Shown in pieces: positions 39,407-43,220 of a stretch of DNA of 43,220 nucleotides (positions are counted from its first letter, which is position 1; each line of letters opens with the position of its first letter). The position numbers were made by a program, and so were the translations under genes. The notes under the pieces are model-generated. The model ran no database searches, was not told the origin of the DNA, and saw only the letters and a list, made by a program, of their open reading frames with translations. Origin of the DNA: a virus (lineage: Duplodnaviria > Heunggongvirae > Uroviricota > Caudoviricetes); the IMG/VR virus record IMGVR_UViG_2526164633_000017. One strand, given 5' to 3'.

Positions 39407-40901
39407 TCTTTCACACATTATTGCCGCAGCATTCAATGAACCGCTGCTTCTGGAGCCCGCCTATGCGCGGGTTTTCTTTTCGCGCTCGGGCGCGAGATGG
39501 GGGCAGCAAGTCTTTCGGTACCACAACAGCAGGTACAGTTTGATGCTCCCGGAATGCTGGCTGAAACGGACGAGTACATGGCCGGAGGTAAACGACCGGC
39601 CCGTGTTTACAGGGTGGTGAACGGTATTGCTGTACTGCCGGTGACCGGCACGCTGGTGCACCGGCTGGGGGGTATGCGGCCATTTTCCGGAATGACAGGC
39701 TATGACGGTATTGTCGCCTGTCTTCAGCAGGCAATGGCGGATAGCCAGGTGCGGGGCGTACTGCTGGACATTGACAGTCCGGGCGGGCAGGCCGCCGGCG
39801 CGTTTGACTGCGCTGACATGATTTACCGCCTCCGTCAGCAGAAGCCGGTCTGGGCACTGTGCAATGACACGGCCTGTTCTGCAGCCATGCTGCTGGCGTC
39901 GGCCTGCTCCCGACGGCTGGTTACCCAGACATCCCGTATCGGCTCCATTGGCGTGATGATGAGCCATGTCAGCTATGCCGGTCATCTGGCGCAGGCCGGT
40001 GTGGATATCACGCTGATTTACTCAGGGACGCACAAGGTGGATGGCAATCAGTTTGAAGCCTTACCGGCAGAGGTTCGCCAGGACATGCAGCAGCGCATTG
40101 ATGCGGCGCGCCGGGTGTTTGCCGAAAAAGTGGCGATGTTTACCGGTCTGTCTGTTGATGCCGTCACGGGAACAGAGGCCGCCGTTTTTGAAGGTCAGTC
40201 CGGCATTGATGCCGGGCTGGCGGATGAATTAGTCAATGCGTCGGATGCCATCAGTGTGATGGCCACGGCGCTGAACAGTAATGTCAGAGGAGGCACTATG
40301 CCGCAATTAACTGCAACGGAAGCCGCAGCGCAGGAGAACCAGCGAGTGATGGGGATCCTGACATGCCAGGAAGCGAAAGGACGTGAACAGCTTGCCACGA
40401 TGCTGGCAGGACAACAGGGCATGAGCGTTGAACAGGCCCGGGCGATTCTGGCCGCGGCGGCACCGCAGCAGCCGGTGGCATCCGCGCAGAGTGAAGCCGA
40501 TCGCATTATGGCGTGTGAAGAAGCGAACGGTCGTGAACAACTGGCGGCAACGCTGGCGGCGATGCCGGAGATGACGGTGGAAAAAGCCCGCCCGATCCTG
40601 GCTGCTTCACCGCAGGCGGATGCCGGACCCTCACTCCGTGATCAGATCATGGCACTGGATGAGGAAAAAGGGGCGTGAGGCGCAGGCTGAACAGCTGGCT
40701 GCCTGCCCGGGAATGACTGTGGAGAGCGCCCGGGCTGTGCTGGCTGCGGGATCAGGTAAGGCAGAACCGGTCTCTGCATCCACAACCGCCCTGTTTGAAC
40801 GCATCATGGCGAACCATTCACCGGCTGCGGTACAGGGTGGCGTGCCACAGACGTCAGCAGACGGTGATGCGGACGTGAAAATGCTCATGGCCATGCCATG
40901 A
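39396..40901 (+). pseudogene. C: Prohead protease/scaffold (gpC/Nu3-like) with at least two frameshifts and a triplicated C-terminal repeat
   Basis: N-terminus in frame 0 (39396..39620: MRRNLSHIIAAAFNEPLLLEPAYARVFF) shifts near 39476-39482 (T-run) to the frame of ORF 39497..40678; second shift at GAAAAAGGGG about 40660 to the frame of ORF 40620..40901. Confidence 0.7.
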
Positions 40902-40937
40902 AGTCAGTGCTGACCATCAACAGGAGGTTTTTACAAT

Positions 40938-41283
40938 ATGGTAACGAAAACATCACTGAACAGCGTGCGGAAGTACGTATTTTTGCCGGTAATGATCCGG
41001 CTCATACCGCCACAGGCAGCAGCGGGATTTCCTCGGCAACACCGGCACTGACGCCCCTGATGCTGGATGAAGCCAGCGGGAAACTGGTGGTCTGGGACGG
41101 ACAGAAAGCCGGTAGTGCAGTTGGCATACTGGTACTGCCGCTTGAAGGCACAGAGACGGTACTGACCTATTACAAGTCGGGGACCTTGCGACGGAGGCAA
41201 TCCGCTGGCCTGAAAGTGTGGATGAACACAAAAAGGCAAATGCCTTTGCCGGCAGTGCCCTGAGTCACGCGGCGCTGCCGTAA
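40938..41283 (+). pseudogene. D: Head decoration protein (gpD-like) with two frameshifts
   Basis: ATG at 40938 with RBS CAGGAGG; frame shifts at A-run near 40946 into frame of ORF 40898..41263 (…GNDPAHTATG…), then near 41190 into the frame that ends ...AFAGSALSHAALP at 41283. Confidence 0.65.
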
Positions 41284-41340
41284 CACGTTATCAGGCCACC
41301 GCGGTGGCCTGACTGATTTCTGAATGAAAGGAACTGATTT

Positions 41341-42367
41341 ATGGGATTGTTTACGACCCGCCAGTTACTCGGTTATACCGAACAAAAAGTGAAATTTCGT
41401 GCGCTGTTTCTGGAGCTGTTTTTCCGCCGTACGGTGAATTTCCATACCGAAGAGGTGATGCTGGACAAAATTACCGGAAAAACGCCGGTGGCGGCCTATG
41501 TCTCCCCGGTTGTTGAAGGAAAAGTGCTGCGTCATCGCGGTGGTGAAACCCGCGTGTTACGTCCGGGCTACGTCAAGCCGAAACACGAATTTAATTACCA
41601 GCAGGCGGTTGAGCGTCTTCCCGGTGAAGATCCGGCTCAACTGAACGACCCGGCCTACCGTCGTCTGCGTATCATCACCGATAACCTCAAACAGGAAGAG
41701 CATGCCATTGTCCAGGTGGAAGAAATGCAGGCGGTGAATGCCGTGCTGTATGGCAAATACACCATGGAAGGGGATCAGTTTGATACTGTCGAGGTGGATT
41801 TTGGACGCTCTGAAGGAAATAACATTGAGCAGGCCGACGGTAAAAATGGTCTGAGCAGGACCGTGATACGTTTGATCCGACGCATGATATTGACCTCTAC
41901 TGCGATCAGGCCAGCGGTCTTGTGAATATTGCCATTATGGACGGTACTGTCTGGCGTCTGCTGAATGGTTTTAAGCTGTTCCGCGAAAAACTGGATACCC
42001 GTCGCGGCTCAAATTCACAACTCGAAACGGCAGTGAAAGACCTGGGGGCGGTGGTGTCTTTCAAAGGGTATTACGGCGATCTGGCCATTGTGGTGGCGAA
42101 AACGTCTTATGTGGCAGAGGACGGTACCGAAAAACGTTATCTGCCGGAGGGCACGCTGGTCCTGGGAAATACGGCTGCAGATGGGATCCGTTGTTACGGT
42201 GCCATTCAGGATGCGCAGGCGTTGTCCGAAGGTGTGGTGGCTTCTTCCCGTTACCCGAACACTGGCTGACCGTGGGCGATCCGGCCCGTGAATTTACCAT
42301 GACGCAGTCCGCACCGCTGATGGTGCTGCCGGATCCGGATGAGTTTGTGGTGGTGCAGGTGAAATAA
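41341..42367 (+). pseudogene. E: Major capsid protein (gpE-like) with two frameshifts
   Basis: Three collinear frame segments: 41341..about 41838, about 41838..42262, 42263..42367 (…WLTVGDPAREFTMTQSAPLMVLPDPDEFVVVQVK); shifts at A5 run near 41838 and near 42260. Confidence 0.7.
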
Positions 42368-42375
42368 TCCGTGAG

Positions 42376-42404
42376 CGGGGGCGAAATGCCCCCGTGTCTT
42401 TTTT
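42376..42404 (+). terminator. Rho-independent terminator after capsid gene
   Basis: CGGGGGC-GAAAT-GCCCCCG followed by TGTCTTTTTT. Confidence 0.7.
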
Positions 42405-42418
42405 CACAGGGGGCTGAT

Positions 42419-42802
42419 ATGGCAACAAAAGAAGAAAATCAGAAACGTCTTCGTCAACTGGCTGGCCTGCTGGGGCGCGAGGCGGATATGTCGGGGAGTG
42501 CTGCGGATATTGCGCAACGTGTGTCTGAGTGGGAAGAGGAGCTTGCTGCTTCCCGGGAGGGCATTATGCCTGGTGATGAGAGCGGGCCTGAGCAAAATCA
42601 CACAGACGATGGTGAGCAGTTGCACAACACTGATGCTACGGATGATGTTAAAGCGGTCCGTGTGCGGCAATGCCTGCATGTGATGGGGTATTGCCCGGAG
42701 ACAGGCCGTCCCGTTGAACTGACGTACCGGGGCATGCGTGTTCTGGTGCCATCACCACTGGCGACAGCCATGATACAGCACGGAACGGCTGAGCATGCGT
42801 GA
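42419..42802 (+). CDS. FI: DNA packaging/head assembly protein (gpFI-like)
   Basis: ORF track 42371..42802; ATG at 42419 lies after the terminator with RBS AGGGGG; acidic protein. Confidence 0.7.
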   Translation: MATKEENQKRLRQLAGLLGREADMSGSAADIAQRVSEWEEELAASREGIMPGDESGPEQNHTDDGEQLHNTDATDDVKAVRVRQCLHVMGYCPETGRPVELTYRGMRVLVPSPLATAMIQHGTAEHA

Positions 42803-43148
42803 TTTTCAGAATGCCTTTGATGCTGCCCTTGCCGGGGTGGACAGCACGATTGTTGAAGTGATGGGGCTCTGTGCGCAGTTCACCTCGGGGGCACAGTGTG
42901 GCAGCGAAGTTCAGGGGGTTTTTGACGATCCGGAGTCGCTGGGGTTTGCCGGTAGCGGGGTCCGTATTGAAGGAAGCTGTCCGTCATTATTTGTGCGGAC
43001 GGATACGGTGCGTGCCGTGCGGCGTGGTGACACGCTGACCATTAATGGTGAGACATTCTGGGTGGACCGTGTTTCTCCGGATGACGGAGGGAGTTGTTAT
43101 CTCTGGCTCAACCGTGGGCAACCACCCGCAGTTAACCGGCGACGATAA
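42795..43148 (+). CDS. FII: Head-tail connector protein (gpFII-like)
   Basis: 117-aa ORF ending ...FWVDRVSPDDGGSCYLWLNRGQPPAVNRRR. Confidence 0.85.
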   Translation: MRDFQNAFDAALAGVDSTIVEVMGLCAQFTSGAQCGSEVQGVFDDPESLGFAGSGVRIEGSCPSLFVRTDTVRAVRRGDTLTINGETFWVDRVSPDDGGSCYLWLNRGQPPAVNRRR

Positions 43149-43162
43149 ACGCAGGGTGAATT

Positions 43163-43220
43163 ATGGCGATAAAAGGGCTTGATCAGGCGATTGAAAATCT
43201 GAGCCGGGTTCGTAAAAACG
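43163..43220 (+). CDS. Z: Tail completion protein (gpZ-like), 5' end only; continues beyond window end
   Basis: ATG at 43163, MAIKGLDQAIENLSRVRKN..., lambda Z-like N-terminus; truncated by window. Confidence 0.7.
   Translation, partial: MAIKGLDQAIENLSRVRKN

Noticed and set aside
1-43220. CRISPR arrays, tRNA or rRNA genes
   Set aside because: No regularly spaced direct repeats with unique spacers and no stretch with tRNA-like or rRNA-like features were seen; the only repeats found are the IS target duplication, the prophage-end repeats, operator repeats and the in-gene scaffold repeats.

Overview
The window is almost entirely prophage DNA from an enterobacterial-type genome, with two nested elements. 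Positions 1 to about 35400 are a Mu-like transposable prophage lying on the minus strand: a partial tail fibre gene at the window start, then baseplate, tape measure, sheath/tube, head, portal, terminase, lysis cassette, C/Mor regulators, a block of small early genes, gam, B (AAA+ transposition ATPase), A (DDE transposase), ner, and a divergent plus-strand repressor gene. Its tail module is broken by an IS66-family insertion (5523-7976) with intact terminal repeats and a perfect 8-bp target duplication, splitting the DNA-circulation (Mu N-like) gene. From about 35400 to the window end is the head-morphogenesis arm of a lambdoid prophage on the plus strand (nu1 remnant, A, W, B, C, D, E, FI, FII, partial Z). 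The Mu-like element appears to have inserted into nu1, and lambdoid C, D and E carry about six single-base frameshifts while the Mu-like genes are intact. No rRNA, tRNA or CRISPR arrays were seen. All homology statements are from reading the translations by eye; no database search was run.
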